The position numbers were made by a program, and so were the translations under genes. The notes below the pieces were generated by a model. The model was not told the DNA's origin. It made no database searches and saw only the letters and a list, made by a program, of their open reading frames with translations. From Halobacteriales archaeon (GTDB taxonomy: Archaea > Halobacteriota > Halobacteria > Halobacteriales > Hikarchaeaceae): DNA of 64,000 bases. Positions 18,414 through 29,064 of the stretch are shown one piece after another (the first letter of the stretch is position 1; every line of letters starts with the position of its first letter). Location: NCBI GenBank assembly GCA_022450005.1, contig JAKURE010000002.1, positions 892-64,891 of the forward strand, in the 5' to 3' direction.

Positions 18414-20090
18414 ATGATAACTCCATCTGATCTCAATGTAGCAATAGTTGATGGTTATGTGGACGAACCTGCCCATTTTGGAGTTCCCCCTTACATCTCC
18501 ACTTATCCTCGATACACAGCCGGGGCATTGGTCGACGCCGGGGTCTCTCCTAATAATATAATTTACCACACAATTGATGCACTTCGGCAAGAACAAAATC
18601 GTTGGGACCACATAGAGAATTCAGACCTATTAATTTACATCGGGGGCATGACTGTTCCAGGAAAATATGTGGGAGGTACACCTGCCGAACCAGATGAAGT
18701 CAAAAAAATATCTTGGACGGCAAAAGGAGTATCTCTTCTTGGAGGTCCCATCAAATTCGGCGTTGGAATTAAAAACGAGGGAGCTAGTGATATGCATAGA
18801 GATGACCTAGACTACACATTCGTGGCAAAAGGAGATGTAGAAGCCGCTGCTTATGATTTAATCCATCAAAATCTTGAAGGATTTTCTGATAGAATGCGCG
18901 ATAACAACGAGATCAAAAAATGGGCATCAAAAGGTTCTTTTATAGTTAAACAACACCCCAACCATCCTCATTATCTCATCTGTGAAATTGAAACTTCCCG
19001 TGGCTGTCCTTATCGATGTTCATTCTGTACCGAACCACTCTATGGTTCCAAACCATCTTTTAGGTCTGTTGACTCTATATTACATGAAATATCTGAACTC
19101 TATAACTCTGGAATTCGCCATTTTCGTATCGGGCGTCAAGCTGACATACTAGCCTATGGTGGAGATGGAAAGTGCCCTAATCCTTCTGAGCTGTACGATC
19201 TTTATTCTGGTATTCATAAGGTGGCCCCGTCACTTGGGACTCTTCATCTAGACAATATGAACCCAATTACTATTGTAAATTGGCCTTCGGAATCTGCAGA
19301 ATGCCTACGTATTATTTCTAAATTCAATACACCCGGAGACACTGCAGCATTTGGCCTCGAATCTGCCGACCCAGTAGTATATAGTGAAAACAACCTCAAT
19401 GTGACTGCAGAAGAGTGTTTTGCAGCGATAGAATCTGTTAACCGAGAATCTGGCTGGAGGACAACCAAAGATTCACTACCAAAATTACTCCCCGGAATTA
19501 ACCTTGTGCACGGGCTTAAAGGAGAAACAAAAGAAACCTTTGAGCTCAATAAAAAATTCCTTAAAAGAGTTCTAGATTCTGGATTTTTAGTCCGCAGAGT
19601 TAACATACGCCAAGTTATGGCATTCCCCGGAACTCCCATGTCCAGCACTGGTGCTTCCATCGCAATGGGCCACAAGAAACACTTCCGAAAATACAAGGAA
19701 GAAGTCCGCCAGACTTTCGATAATTTGATGATCCAAAAAGTCGCTCCGATTGGAACTATATTGCCCCACGTACATCTAGAGTTCCAAAATGGTAGGTTCA
19801 CTTTTGGAAGGCAACTTGGTACTTACCCAATTCTTGTAGGATTTCCTGGAAAACTCCCTCTTGGAACTGTTCTCGATGCCATTGTGGTCAATCATGGCCA
19901 AAGATCTGTCACGGCACTCCCACTAAAATTGAACCTCAATACTGCAACATTCTCTGAACTGTTAGCAATCCCCGGTGTGGGGAAGAAAAGAGCACAAACT
20001 TTGATTTCAAATCGTCCCTACATTTCCATCGAAGCCGCATCCAATTCTATCGAAGTGGATATATCTCAGTTTGCTACTACTCTTTTATAG
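18414..20090 (+). CDS. radical SAM enzyme with a C-terminal helix-hairpin-helix motif (COG1031-type, function unknown)
   Basis: ETSRGCPYRCSFCTEP is the CxxxCxxC radical-SAM cluster motif. The C-terminus FSELLAIPGVGKKRAQTLISNRP is an HhH. 558 aa. Confidence 0.85.
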   Translation: MITPSDLNVAIVDGYVDEPAHFGVPPYISTYPRYTAGALVDAGVSPNNIIYHTIDALRQEQNRWDHIENSDLLIYIGGMTVPGKYVGGTPAEPDEVKKISWTAKGVSLLGGPIKFGVGIKNEGASDMHRDDLDYTFVAKGDVEAAAYDLIHQNLEGFSDRMRDNNEIKKWASKGSFIVKQHPNHPHYLICEIETSRGCPYRCSFCTEPLYGSKPSFRSVDSILHEISELYNSGIRHFRIGRQADILAYGGDGKCPNPSELYDLYSGIHKVAPSLGTLHLDNMNPITIVNWPSESAECLRIISKFNTPGDTAAFGLESADPVVYSENNLNVTAEECFAAIESVNRESGWRTTKDSLPKLLPGINLVHGLKGETKETFELNKKFLKRVLDSGFLVRRVNIRQVMAFPGTPMSSTGASIAMGHKKHFRKYKEEVRQTFDNLMIQKVAPIGTILPHVHLEFQNGRFTFGRQLGTYPILVGFPGKLPLGTVLDAIVVNHGQRSVTALPLKLNLNTATFSELLAIPGVGKKRAQTLISNRPYISIEAASNSIEVDISQFATTLL

Positions 20091-20109
20091 AGAATGATCC
20101 CCTCTTGTT

Positions 20110-20544
20110 TCACTCTAGTAAGTCTTCAACAACACTTGCCATAGAAAAATTTGGTTTGACGTCGATGATTTCTATCTTTACTTGTTCACCCACACTTGAC
20201 CCTGGGACAATTATGACATAGCCCCTCTCCGCACGTGCTATACCGTCTCCCTGTTTCCCCAAACTTTCTATTTCTACATATCGTATCTCTCCCATTTCAA
20301 CTGGCGGTTGTGGGTAATCAGGCGCAGTAGTAGTTTCTGTTTGAACCCCTAGTTCAAAGTCTTCCCCTTGCTTTACTAGCGCAATTCGATACACCTCCCC
20401 TTTCTCCAAACTTTGATTCTCAATCTCTTCATTTGGAATCCTAATAATATGCTCTCCGTCTATCTTTTCAATCCCTGCATTAAACAAACATAAAACTTGA
20501 TCTAAATTTATCATACCGATATCCTCAAATGACCTGAGTTGCAC
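20110..20544 (-). CDS. TRAM domain protein
   Basis: The C-terminus, YVEIESLGKQGDGIARAERGYVIIVPGSSVGEQVKIEIIDVKPNFSMASV, is a typical TRAM fold signature. Start is GTG 20544 or the ATG 10 codons downstream. Confidence 0.75.
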   Translation of the reverse strand: MQLRSFEDIGMINLDQVLCLFNAGIEKIDGEHIIRIPNEEIENQSLEKGEVYRIALVKQGEDFELGVQTETTTAPDYPQPPVEMGEIRYVEIESLGKQGDGIARAERGYVIIVPGSSVGEQVKIEIIDVKPNFSMASVVEDLLE

Positions 20545-20571
20545 TCCAACTTAATAGCCCTGTCGGTATTT

Positions 20572-21225
20572 CTATATAATTTTCCCATCTCCATTCTTTG
20601 CGCCTTCTGAATCATGAACAATCAATTTCTCCCCTCCTATCTTTAAACTTCTATACCTTTTTACCAATTGTATTGATTCTTCTATTTCACGTATGGTTCT
20701 CTCTTTTAGAACTTCTGCCATTTTCATCGCCTCTTTGTACTCTATTTCCCTACCAACCCCTTCGCATTCATGTATCAATATATCCCCCACTTTTTCTACA
20801 ACCTCGCCCTTCGGATTACTACTTCCCCCCAAATCGACACTGAATGGGTATGTCTCACAAATCAAAGGTTTGAACCCATATATGCTACACATCCCCTTCC
20901 CATCCGTTTCCCTATAAAATGAACAATCTCCACACTCCCCTATCTGCAAAGCCCACTCGAACGTTTCTCCAACCAATTCCCCTTTCTCATTTTCCCGAAC
21001 TCCAAAGGGCATCGGACGGGCAATGTCTCTCCATTCCATTTTACCACTATTTTGTATTTTCCTAATTTCACTTGGAAATATTGTCGCCGTGTGCTCTTCT
21101 TCCCCTCCTTTGCAACAAGCCCCGCAGTCAGTACACTCAAAACCAATCCCTACGATAGTCTCTGCCAATTCCTTCACGTCTAACATTTGTGCAGCTATTA
21201 ACTCTTCTTCCAATTTCACACCCAA
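20572..21225 (-). CDS. YkgJ-family cysteine-cluster protein (CxxCxxCC zinc/iron-chelating domain)
   Basis: FECTDCGACCKGG plus the later CSFY...CSIYGFKPLICETYPF. It lies 27 nt upstream of the TRAM gene on the same strand. The start is uncertain (TTG 21225, or ATG 21186). Confidence 0.75.
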   Translation of the reverse strand: MGVKLEEELIAAQMLDVKELAETIVGIGFECTDCGACCKGGEEEHTATIFPSEIRKIQNSGKMEWRDIARPMPFGVRENEKGELVGETFEWALQIGECGDCSFYRETDGKGMCSIYGFKPLICETYPFSVDLGGSSNPKGEVVEKVGDILIHECEGVGREIEYKEAMKMAEVLKERTIREIEESIQLVKRYRSLKIGGEKLIVHDSEGAKNGDGKII

Positions 21226-21314
21226 TATCTGTAACCTGTTTGTTAAAATCCATCGAAGAAAGACCGCTCCACCATCTATGTTTTATCCAATTATATCCTA
21301 TGTTCTAATTGTAA

Positions 21315-22019
21315 ATGAAAGGTAAAAGCTGGTATCAAGAAATCCCAAATGCCACTCGGTATGATGCCAAGCGTTTCTCAAAAGGGGGGAGTCTAATTGA
21401 TTCCCATGAGAAACAAATAGTAACTAATTTTATAGACTTCATCGATGGAAAAAGGATTTTAGATATGGCCTGCGGAACTGCAAGATTCAGTCTAATGTTA
21501 GCAGACCTTGGGGCCGATGTCGTTGCGCTCGATATCTCTGATCCCATGATCAAAATAGGAAAAAATAAATTGGACACATCGCCCCACGCTGGGGATCTAA
21601 CCTTTTTGCACGCAGACGCAGGGAATTTGCCATTTGAAGATTCCTCTTTTGATATAATTCTGGCCATGAGATTTTTCCACTTAACTCCAATTCCTATGTA
21701 TTTCTTTTTAGAAATGCTCCGCGTCGCCCGTGAAAAAATCATTTTCGATACTTTCAACAAATATAGTGCACGATCTTTCTATAATTGGCTATTGCCAATG
21801 GGATCCACGCTCCACGATAGATCCTATATATCTCGATTATTATCATCTATAGACATGACAATTGAAGATTCGCACCAGGATTTTATTTTTCCATATGGAA
21901 TCTATAGGAATCTCCCACTCGCCCTAGCAAAACCTATACGATCTATCGATTCTTCAGTTGTTTCAACTCCGATAGGCCAACGTATTTCAACCGTATCTTA
22001 TTGGTCTGTATCTCTTTGA
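21315..22019 (+). CDS. class I SAM-dependent methyltransferase
   Basis: ILDMACGTARFSLMLADLGADVVALDIS is motif I plus the acidic post-I residue, followed by LHADAGNLPFEDSSFDIIL. Confidence 0.8.
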   Translation: MKGKSWYQEIPNATRYDAKRFSKGGSLIDSHEKQIVTNFIDFIDGKRILDMACGTARFSLMLADLGADVVALDISDPMIKIGKNKLDTSPHAGDLTFLHADAGNLPFEDSSFDIILAMRFFHLTPIPMYFFLEMLRVAREKIIFDTFNKYSARSFYNWLLPMGSTLHDRSYISRLLSSIDMTIEDSHQDFIFPYGIYRNLPLALAKPIRSIDSSVVSTPIGQRISTVSYWSVSL

Positions 22020-22040
22020 AGTCTACTGATTCAAGTCCGT

Positions 22041-22053
22041 TAAATTAATATAG
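22041..22053 (+). promoter_or_regulatory. candidate TATA box upstream of the thermosome gene
   Basis: ttaaattaatata is centred about 35 nt upstream of the ATG at 22082. This fits an archaeal promoter with a very short leader. Pattern only. Confidence 0.3.
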
Positions 22054-22081
22054 ACTCGCTAACCTCCAATTAGTAATCACT

Positions 22082-23641
22082 ATGGCACACAATCAGCCTT
22101 TCATTATACTAGGCGACAGTACTCAACGCACGCAAGGACGGGATGCACAATCTATGAATATCGCTGCTGGAAAAGCAGTCGCAGAATCAGTTAGAACTAC
22201 ATTGGGCCCTCGGGGAATGGATAAAATGCTGGTAACCTCTTCTGGAGATGTGATCATAACAAATGATGGCGCTACTATTTTGAAACAAATGGATATTGAA
22301 CATCCCGCTGCTCAAATGATCGTAGAAGTATCCGAATCCCAAGAAGAAGAGGTCGGAGATGGTACTACAACCGCAGCTGTCATAGCTGGGCAATTACTAG
22401 CAAAAGCCGAGAAACTCCTCGAAGACGACGTCCACCCAACAACTATTGTGGAGGGCTATTCAGAGGCAAATCAAATTGCACAAGAAGCTATCACTTCCCA
22501 TATTCTAAACGAAACTCTGGACGACAAGACTCTACAAAAAGTCGCCACTACCAGTATGACTGGCAAAGGAACTGGAGATGTTTCCCCCTCCGAACTATCT
22601 AAAATCATTGTCGATGCCGTCAAACACGTCACTAAATCTGGAAAAGTAAATCGAGATGATATCCATCTTCAGACGCGTGTGGGTGCTTCCTCTAGTGCAA
22701 CTGAACTAGTAAAAGGATTCATATTGGAATCTGAAAGAGCACACGAACACATGCCAAAATCCGTCTCTAAAGGAAAAGTTCTAATTCTAGATATGGACCT
22801 AGAAATACGTGACCCAGAAGTCGATGCAGAATTTACAATAACCAGTGTTGATCAACTAACCGCTGCCTTTGAGGCCGAGGAAGCTGAGCTTCGTGACTAT
22901 GCAGACACAATTTCCAAAGCTGGAGTGAATGTTGTATTTTGCACTGAAGACATAGATAACCGAGTTGCAGGATTTTTGTCTGACAAAGACATTCTTGCAT
23001 TTGAGGATGTTAGCAGCGACGATGCAAAAGCCCTTTCTCGCGCGACCGGTGCAATGAGGGTTGCAACTCTGCATAATCTTTCCAATGAAGATTTGGGTAC
23101 TGTAGATTCCATCGAGATTCAAAAATTCAACGACGATGAATTGACTTTTGTAGAAGCGGGATCAAAAGCAGAAGCGGTCACTGTTTTCTTACGTGGTGGA
23201 ACTGAACATATTGTAGATGAACTAGAACGTGCTGTCAGCGATGGACTGGACGTGGTTACTGCTGCTGTGGAATCCGGTGAGGTTGTTCCTGGAGCCGGTG
23301 TAATCGAGATCGGAATCGCCAGTCGAGTCCGAAGTGTAGCAGCTTCCATTGAAGGAAGGAAGCAATTAGCCGTCGAAGCATTCGCAGATGCCGTAGAGGT
23401 GATCCCTAGAACTCTAGCAGAAAATGCGGGCCTAGACCAGATCGATACACTTGTTGATCTCCGGGCTGCAAATGATTCTGGCCGTGCCGGAATAATTGCC
23501 AAAGGAGAATCTGGAGAACTAGATGACCCGGTAAAACACGGAATTTTGGACCCTGCTGCAGTAAAAAGAGAAGCAATTGATAGTGCCACTGAAGCAGCAA
23601 CTATGATAATCCGAATAGACGATATTATTGCAGCGAGTTAA
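22082..23641 (+). CDS. ths: thermosome subunit (group II chaperonin)
   Basis: [51 protein letters not shown] and [10 protein letters not shown]. Confidence 0.95.
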   Translation: MAHNQPFIILGDSTQRTQGRDAQSMNIAAGKAVAESVRTTLGPRGMDKMLVTSSGDVIITNDGATILKQMDIEHPAAQMIVEVSESQEEEVGDGTTTAAVIAGQLLAKAEKLLEDDVHPTTIVEGYSEANQIAQEAITSHILNETLDDKTLQKVATTSMTGKGTGDVSPSELSKIIVDAVKHVTKSGKVNRDDIHLQTRVGASSSATELVKGFILESERAHEHMPKSVSKGKVLILDMDLEIRDPEVDAEFTITSVDQLTAAFEAEEAELRDYADTISKAGVNVVFCTEDIDNRVAGFLSDKDILAFEDVSSDDAKALSRATGAMRVATLHNLSNEDLGTVDSIEIQKFNDDELTFVEAGSKAEAVTVFLRGGTEHIVDELERAVSDGLDVVTAAVESGEVVPGAGVIEIGIASRVRSVAASIEGRKQLAVEAFADAVEVIPRTLAENAGLDQIDTLVDLRAANDSGRAGIIAKGESGELDDPVKHGILDPAAVKREAIDSATEAATMIIRIDDIIAAS

Positions 23642-23644
23642 GTT

Positions 23645-24160
23645 TCACCTCTCCGAGTCACTTTCGTTAATTTTTTGAATTCTTCGAATCCCCTCTATTT
23701 CTTCTATTATATCTCTCACTGGAATTGGAACTAGAGATTGCCAATCCTCTTCATTTTCCATCCTCCTTCTCACCTCCGCTCCTTCCAATACTTCCCGATC
23801 AAACATTGGAACTTGCCGGATTTCTTTTCCCGCTTCTCTAAACAATTGAATCACAAGTGGATTATTAGAATAAGCCACATCAAAACTTGGGCTTATACTT
23901 TCGACATGGCTCACCCAAATAGAATTCCGTTTTAAATCTTCTATTTGTACCACATATGAAGGAACATCAAATTCTTCAATTGCCCTTGTAACCATTAACA
24001 TTCGCTCTCCTGCGGTGAATGGATTTTTCCCTGTGTGAGAGTCTCCGGCACTTCCTATTCCTAACACCATCTCGTCCACTTCCCCTGAAATTTTTTCTAC
24101 CACTTTATGGTGGCCATTATGATACGGTTGAAAGCGCCCAATGTATATCCCCCTGACCAT
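23645..24160 (-). CDS. nadM: nicotinamide-nucleotide adenylyltransferase (archaeal type)
   Basis: MVRGIYIGRFQPYHNGHHKVV carries the HxGH-type nucleotidyltransferase motif, here GRFQPxHxGH. 171 aa. Confidence 0.9.
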   Translation of the reverse strand: MVRGIYIGRFQPYHNGHHKVVEKISGEVDEMVLGIGSAGDSHTGKNPFTAGERMLMVTRAIEEFDVPSYVVQIEDLKRNSIWVSHVESISPSFDVAYSNNPLVIQLFREAGKEIRQVPMFDREVLEGAEVRRRMENEEDWQSLVPIPVRDIIEEIEGIRRIQKINESDSER

Positions 24161-24285
24161 ACCTTATCGATCGTTTTTATCCGTAATAACCATACCGTGT
24201 ATAGTCCGAAATCTATCTGCTACATTTACCAGCTATCTACAAAAAGTATATCAGCCCTCTTGATCCCTATACTAATACCACGTTT

Positions 24286-26238
24286 ATGACTAAAAAGAGC
24301 CAGAAGCTTTCAGACCAGAAAACGACGAAACCATCAACTTCTGATGCCCCCTCTGTTAAGAAAAATCCTCCCAAGGATTTGAAAATAAATGAGGAAATAG
24401 CCGAAGAAGATATACTTGGTGGATTGATCTTTTCCACAACCGATGAAGTACCTATACCTGAAAAATTAATTGACCAGGTAATTGGCCAGGACAGGGCAAC
24501 AGAAGCCATCACCAAAGCCGCACTTCAACACAGACACGTCATGATGATTGGATCCCCTGGAACTGGAAAATCCATGCTAGCCAAAGCCATGGCAGAGCTA
24601 CTGCCCAAAGAAGAGTTACAAGACGTTTTAGTTTATGAGAACTCCGATGATAAGAACGTTCCTAAAATTCGAACAGTACCTACTGGAAAGGGGCAACAAA
24701 TCATTGATGCGCATAAGGAAGAAGCCAAAAAGCAAAACCAAATGAGATCATTTTTAATGTGGATGATCATCATCGCTGTAGTTGGATATGCACTCTTAAT
24801 AGCACAAGATCCTTTACTTGGAATCCTGGCAGCTGCAGTTATCTATATAGCCTTTAGATATAGCTCCCGAAACGCAGACGCCCTGATTCCTAATTTATTA
24901 ATCAACAACGCTGAACAAAATACTGCACCCTTCCACGACGCAACTGGATCTCATGCAGGAGCCCTTTTAGGAGATGTCCGGCATGACCCATTCCAATCAG
25001 GTGGAATGGAGACTCCTGCACATGAACGAGTAGAAGCTGGTGCCATACACAAAGCACATAAAGGCGTTCTCTTCATTGATGAGATCAACACCCTTGAACT
25101 CCGTTCTCAACAAATGTTAATGACCGCAGTACAAGAAAGAAAATTTTCTATAACTGGCCAATCTGAACGCTCTTCTGGTGCAATGGTCCAAACTGAGCCG
25201 GTCCCTACCGACTTCATCATGATCGCTGCAGGAAACCTAGATGCAATGCAAAATATGCATCCTGCATTGAGAAATCGAATCAAAGGGTATGGGTATGAAT
25301 TGTATATGGATAACACAATTAAAGATACCCCGGAACTCCGCAGAAAATATGTCCAATTTGTCGCACAAGAAATAACAAATGATGGTAGGATCCCTCATTT
25401 CACTAAAGAAGCAGTTGAAGAGATTCTCGTCGAAGCCCGAAGAAGGGCCTCCCGAAAAGGACATTTGACTTTGGGCTTCCGATCACTGGGCGGTCTCATT
25501 CGAGCAGCTGGGGACTTAGCAAGATCTGCCGAGGAAAAATATGCAACTCAAGAACATGTTTTGCAAGCAAAATCACGCTCACGTTCTATAGAACAACAAT
25601 TGGCGGATGAGTATGCCCAAAGGCGGAAAGACTACGCTCTTTCTAGTAATGATGGCACTTCCATCGCCCGCGTTAACGGTCTAGCCGTTATGGGTGAAGA
25701 TTCTGGAATAGTCCTCCCCGTCATGGCCGAAGTTACACCCTCTCAAGGACGTGGAAAAATAATTGCAACCGGGCAACTACAAAAAATAGCTGAGGAATCC
25801 ATAAAAAATGTTTCTGCCATTATTAAAAAATTCTCTGAAAAAGGTTTAACTGATCGTGATATCCATGTTCAATTTGTCCAATCTTACGAAGGAATAGAGG
25901 GGGATTCTGCGAGTGTCACGGTGGCAACAGCTGTCTTATCTGCTCTCGAAAATGTCCCTGTTAAACAAGATGTTGCTATGACTGGCTCCCTCTCTGTTCG
26001 TGGAGATGTTCTCCCAGTTGGAGGTGTAACTCATAAAATTGAAGCTGCGGCAAAAGCTGGCATTTCTCGCGTTATCATCCCTAAAGCAAATGAACAAGAT
26101 GTGATGCTTTCAAGTGAATATACCGACCTAGTCGAAATGGTTTCAGCAACCAACATCTGTGACGTTCTTGATTTCGCTTTAGTCAACTCTGCCAAGAAGA
26201 CTAAGCTTATTCGCAAGCTCAAAAAATCTTTTACCTAA
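24286..26238 (+). CDS. lonB: archaeal membrane-bound Lon protease (LonB)
   Basis: Walker A MMIGSPGTGKSMLA, two TM helices inserted in the AAA domain (FLMWMIIIAVVGYALLIA...), Walker B VLFIDEIN, and the protease Ser motif EGDSASVTVATA with the later K (GGVTHKIEAA). Confidence 0.93.
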   Translation: MTKKSQKLSDQKTTKPSTSDAPSVKKNPPKDLKINEEIAEEDILGGLIFSTTDEVPIPEKLIDQVIGQDRATEAITKAALQHRHVMMIGSPGTGKSMLAKAMAELLPKEELQDVLVYENSDDKNVPKIRTVPTGKGQQIIDAHKEEAKKQNQMRSFLMWMIIIAVVGYALLIAQDPLLGILAAAVIYIAFRYSSRNADALIPNLLINNAEQNTAPFHDATGSHAGALLGDVRHDPFQSGGMETPAHERVEAGAIHKAHKGVLFIDEINTLELRSQQMLMTAVQERKFSITGQSERSSGAMVQTEPVPTDFIMIAAGNLDAMQNMHPALRNRIKGYGYELYMDNTIKDTPELRRKYVQFVAQEITNDGRIPHFTKEAVEEILVEARRRASRKGHLTLGFRSLGGLIRAAGDLARSAEEKYATQEHVLQAKSRSRSIEQQLADEYAQRRKDYALSSNDGTSIARVNGLAVMGEDSGIVLPVMAEVTPSQGRGKIIATGQLQKIAEESIKNVSAIIKKFSEKGLTDRDIHVQFVQSYEGIEGDSASVTVATAVLSALENVPVKQDVAMTGSLSVRGDVLPVGGVTHKIEAAAKAGISRVIIPKANEQDVMLSSEYTDLVEMVSATNICDVLDFALVNSAKKTKLIRKLKKSFT

Positions 26239-26247
26239 TCTCCAATT

Positions 26248-27420
26248 TCACTTCTCAATTATACTCTCATCAATTGCTTCACCAAAGTGACGAGCAGCAT
26301 GTTCGTAGCAAACCAATACCTCATCCCCAACTTCCAAAGCCGTTACAGCTTTGGGGCCTTTCTGGGTTGCTACTTTGACAGTTTCTGCATTCTGCAACAA
26401 TGTCTCTATTCTATCCTCTCCCTTTTTTGTTCCAATTATGGCCTCAATTCGAAGCATAGGGCGTTTTTCTATTTTACACCTTCCTACAACTGCTTCTCTA
26501 GTTTCTCCCTTGGTATTTACAATTTGAATCTCATCCCCACTTTGCAGTTCTGCTAGGTACCTAGTTTTCCCTCCTAAAGATCGAACGTACGCATGGACCG
26601 CTCCCGCATTCACCCGAAATGGCCGGGAAGCAACATATGGCGATTCTGCAGTTTCCGCATGTACAAAAAATAATCCTCTTGCCATTGAACCAATAAGCAT
26701 ACCCTCCTCTGAATGCATGAGAGAACCCGTATCTACACATACTCTATCTGCCATACCTGTACTTTTTACAGACACCACTTTTGCCCATTCCAATTCTAAA
26801 GCTTCTCTATCCGCAGAATCTCTCAAATCTACTGTTGATCTAATCTCATTCAGATCGTCGGAATCTATTAACACCCCATTTGCTCCTATCTCCAAAGTCT
26901 CGAAAGCAGTTCTAGCTTCTTCAGAGCTATTTACCCCTGCAACCAATTCTGTTTGACCTCCAATTCTCGCAATTAAATTTTCTAGAGGGATAATTTTCCA
27001 ATCCTCCCCACTAACTATCGTATACTCTCCCACCTTCGCTATTTCCTCTGCCAACGATTCATGTCCCTTCGATAATATTCGAATATATCCTCCATTTGCC
27101 CCTCCCCTTCTGACAGCTTTTACGTCTGTAGAATCTGAGAGTTTTTTAGGCAATTCTACAGTCCCATCACCTTCACCTTTTTTTCCTATAATCACCGCAT
27201 CAGCTGCCTCCTGGCCACTGTCCGTCCCTTCTGCCTCCATTACTTGAACGTCATTAGTAGTAAACGCAGCAATTTTTATATTTCCCAATTCTCTAACGGC
27301 ATTTACATCAACATCATTCACTAACACCCAATCCACTCCTGCTTCCAAACCCGCTGTTATGCGCCTCTTTTTGGACTCCCAATCCCCTGCATCTGCTTTA
27401 AGCCAAACACTCCGTTTCAT
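26248..27420 (-). CDS. aroB': 3-dehydroquinate synthase II (archaeal, from ADH)
   Basis: [34 protein letters not shown] is the typical DHQ synthase II N-terminus. 390 aa. There is a 4-nt ATGA overlap with the upstream aldolase-type gene. Confidence 0.88.
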   Translation of the reverse strand: MKRSVWLKADAGDWESKKRRITAGLEAGVDWVLVNDVDVNAVRELGNIKIAAFTTNDVQVMEAEGTDSGQEAADAVIIGKKGEGDGTVELPKKLSDSTDVKAVRRGGANGGYIRILSKGHESLAEEIAKVGEYTIVSGEDWKIIPLENLIARIGGQTELVAGVNSSEEARTAFETLEIGANGVLIDSDDLNEIRSTVDLRDSADREALELEWAKVVSVKSTGMADRVCVDTGSLMHSEEGMLIGSMARGLFFVHAETAESPYVASRPFRVNAGAVHAYVRSLGGKTRYLAELQSGDEIQIVNTKGETREAVVGRCKIEKRPMLRIEAIIGTKKGEDRIETLLQNAETVKVATQKGPKAVTALEVGDEVLVCYEHAARHFGEAIDESIIEK

Positions 27421-28229
27421 TTTTCTAACAAACCTGATTTTTCCATTGCTTTCTCAACAGATACTCCATTGTGAACTATCTCTACTATTGCACGGGATAT
27501 TGATTCTGGATCTTTATGTTGGAATATACACCGACCCATTGAAACTCCCGATGCACCTGCCTCCATCGCACCTTTAACCATTTCGATAGTTCCTTTGTCC
27601 GTTCCTTTCGCTCCCCCTGCAATCACTACGGGCTTGGAAGTTGCAGCGACCACTGATTCAAAACTTTTTGGATCACCTGTGTATACAGTTTTTATGATGT
27701 CTGCCCCGAGTTCTTCCCCGAGGCGAACTGCATGCGAAATCTTTTCTGGATCCTTCGTATTCTCTTCGTGTCCTCTAACATAGCACATCACTAGCACCGG
27801 CATGCCAAATTCGTTGGCATCTTTCGTTACCTTTGCAAGAGATTCTATCTGATTCCCTTCATATTCACTTGTAACATTTATATGGTATGAAACAGCATCC
27901 GCACCAATTTTAACAGCCTCTTCAACAGTCCCAGTCAAACGCTTATCTTCTGAAGCCGGCCCAATATCTGTTGATCCATTTAAGTGCATAATATACCCTG
28001 CCCCATTTTTATTCTGATGAACCCTCTGCGCAATCCCCTTCTGAGAAAGAATGGCATCAACACCACCCCTTGTAACTGCGTCAACAGTCGATTCTACATC
28101 TCTCAATCCATCCACTGCTCCTTGAGTCAAGCCGTGGTCTATTGGTACAATGACGTATTTGTTACCTTTTCCAATTCTGCATAATCTTGCAGCCGTTCCT
28201 GTATTCATTAGTGTGTTATCGTGTCGCAC
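27417..28229 (-). CDS. aroA': 2-amino-3,7-dideoxy-D-threo-hept-6-ulosonate (ADH) synthase, class I aldolase (DhnA) family
   Basis: VIVPIDHGLTQG and the DhnA-type aldolase barrel (ADIIKT, PVVIAGG). The function is supported by translational coupling to DHQ synthase II. The likely true start is ATG 28208 (MNTGTAARL...). Confidence 0.82.
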   Translation of the reverse strand: MRHDNTLMNTGTAARLCRIGKGNKYVIVPIDHGLTQGAVDGLRDVESTVDAVTRGGVDAILSQKGIAQRVHQNKNGAGYIMHLNGSTDIGPASEDKRLTGTVEEAVKIGADAVSYHINVTSEYEGNQIESLAKVTKDANEFGMPVLVMCYVRGHEENTKDPEKISHAVRLGEELGADIIKTVYTGDPKSFESVVAATSKPVVIAGGAKGTDKGTIEMVKGAMEAGASGVSMGRCIFQHKDPESISRAIVEIVHNGVSVEKAMEKSGLLEK

Positions 28230-28245
28230 TCACCGGTTATGTGCG

Positions 28246-29064
28246 TTACGGTTTATTATTCTCTGTTCCTCCTCCAATACCGCGTACCAATTCTCGAGCT
28301 TTTTCCTCTAGTAATCTACCCGTGTCTTCCCTACGAACTCCTTCCATTCGACCTTTATCAATCATATCTACAAATACACTCCCTGCTATCACTCCATCTG
28401 CCCCTGATTCGATTATCTCTGCCGCTTGATCTGCATTACTCACACCAAACCCTACTGCTTTTGGAATGTTATATTCTCTTAATCTATCCAAACTTTCATA
28501 CGTAGTTTGACTCACATCTTTATGGACCCCCGTTGTTCCAAGTCTAGCTTGAACATACACAAAACCTGAAATTTTTTCCATTATCTTTTCTATTCGTTGC
28601 TCACGTGTAGTAGGTGCAATAATGAATATTAAATCAACCCCATTTTCATTGCAAATTTTCAGCAACAGATCTGCTTCTTCAACCGGTAAATCTGGAATTA
28701 TCATCCCACTTATGCCGCATTTCACAGAATCAGAAACAAACGATTCTATAGGGATTTCTCCATATTGATGAACTATATTATAATATGTCATTACTACTAT
28801 CGGAACCTCACAATCCATCATAGAAACCAACTCAAAAAATTTTCTTGGAGTCATACCCGCTTCTAGAGCCCTATTTATTGCCTCTTGAATTATTGGCCCA
28901 TCGGCTATCGGTTCTGAAAATGGCAATCCCAATTCTATTATTTTCGCTCCCCCTCGAACAAGAGCGGCTACATATTCCACTGTAGCCTCTTGATCTGGAT
29001 CTCCTGCCGTTATGTACGGAATCAGTATTGGCCCATCTGAAAATGCATTCTTAATTAAACTCAT
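28246..29064 (-). CDS. trpA: tryptophan synthase alpha chain
   Basis: [30 protein letters not shown] and [10 protein letters not shown]. Confidence 0.93.
   Translation of the reverse strand: MSLIKNAFSDGPILIPYITAGDPDQEATVEYVAALVRGGAKIIELGLPFSEPIADGPIIQEAINRALEAGMTPRKFFELVSMMDCEVPIVVMTYYNIVHQYGEIPIESFVSDSVKCGISGMIIPDLPVEEADLLLKICNENGVDLIFIIAPTTREQRIEKIMEKISGFVYVQARLGTTGVHKDVSQTTYESLDRLREYNIPKAVGFGVSNADQAAEIIESGADGVIAGSVFVDMIDKGRMEGVRREDTGRLLEEKARELVRGIGGGTENNKP

Noticed and set aside
23119-23589. 156-aa minus-strand ORF, plus 22856..23122, 22897..23112 and 23406..23600.
   Set aside because: They are antisense to the thermosome gene, with Ser/Ala/Pro-rich low-complexity translations.
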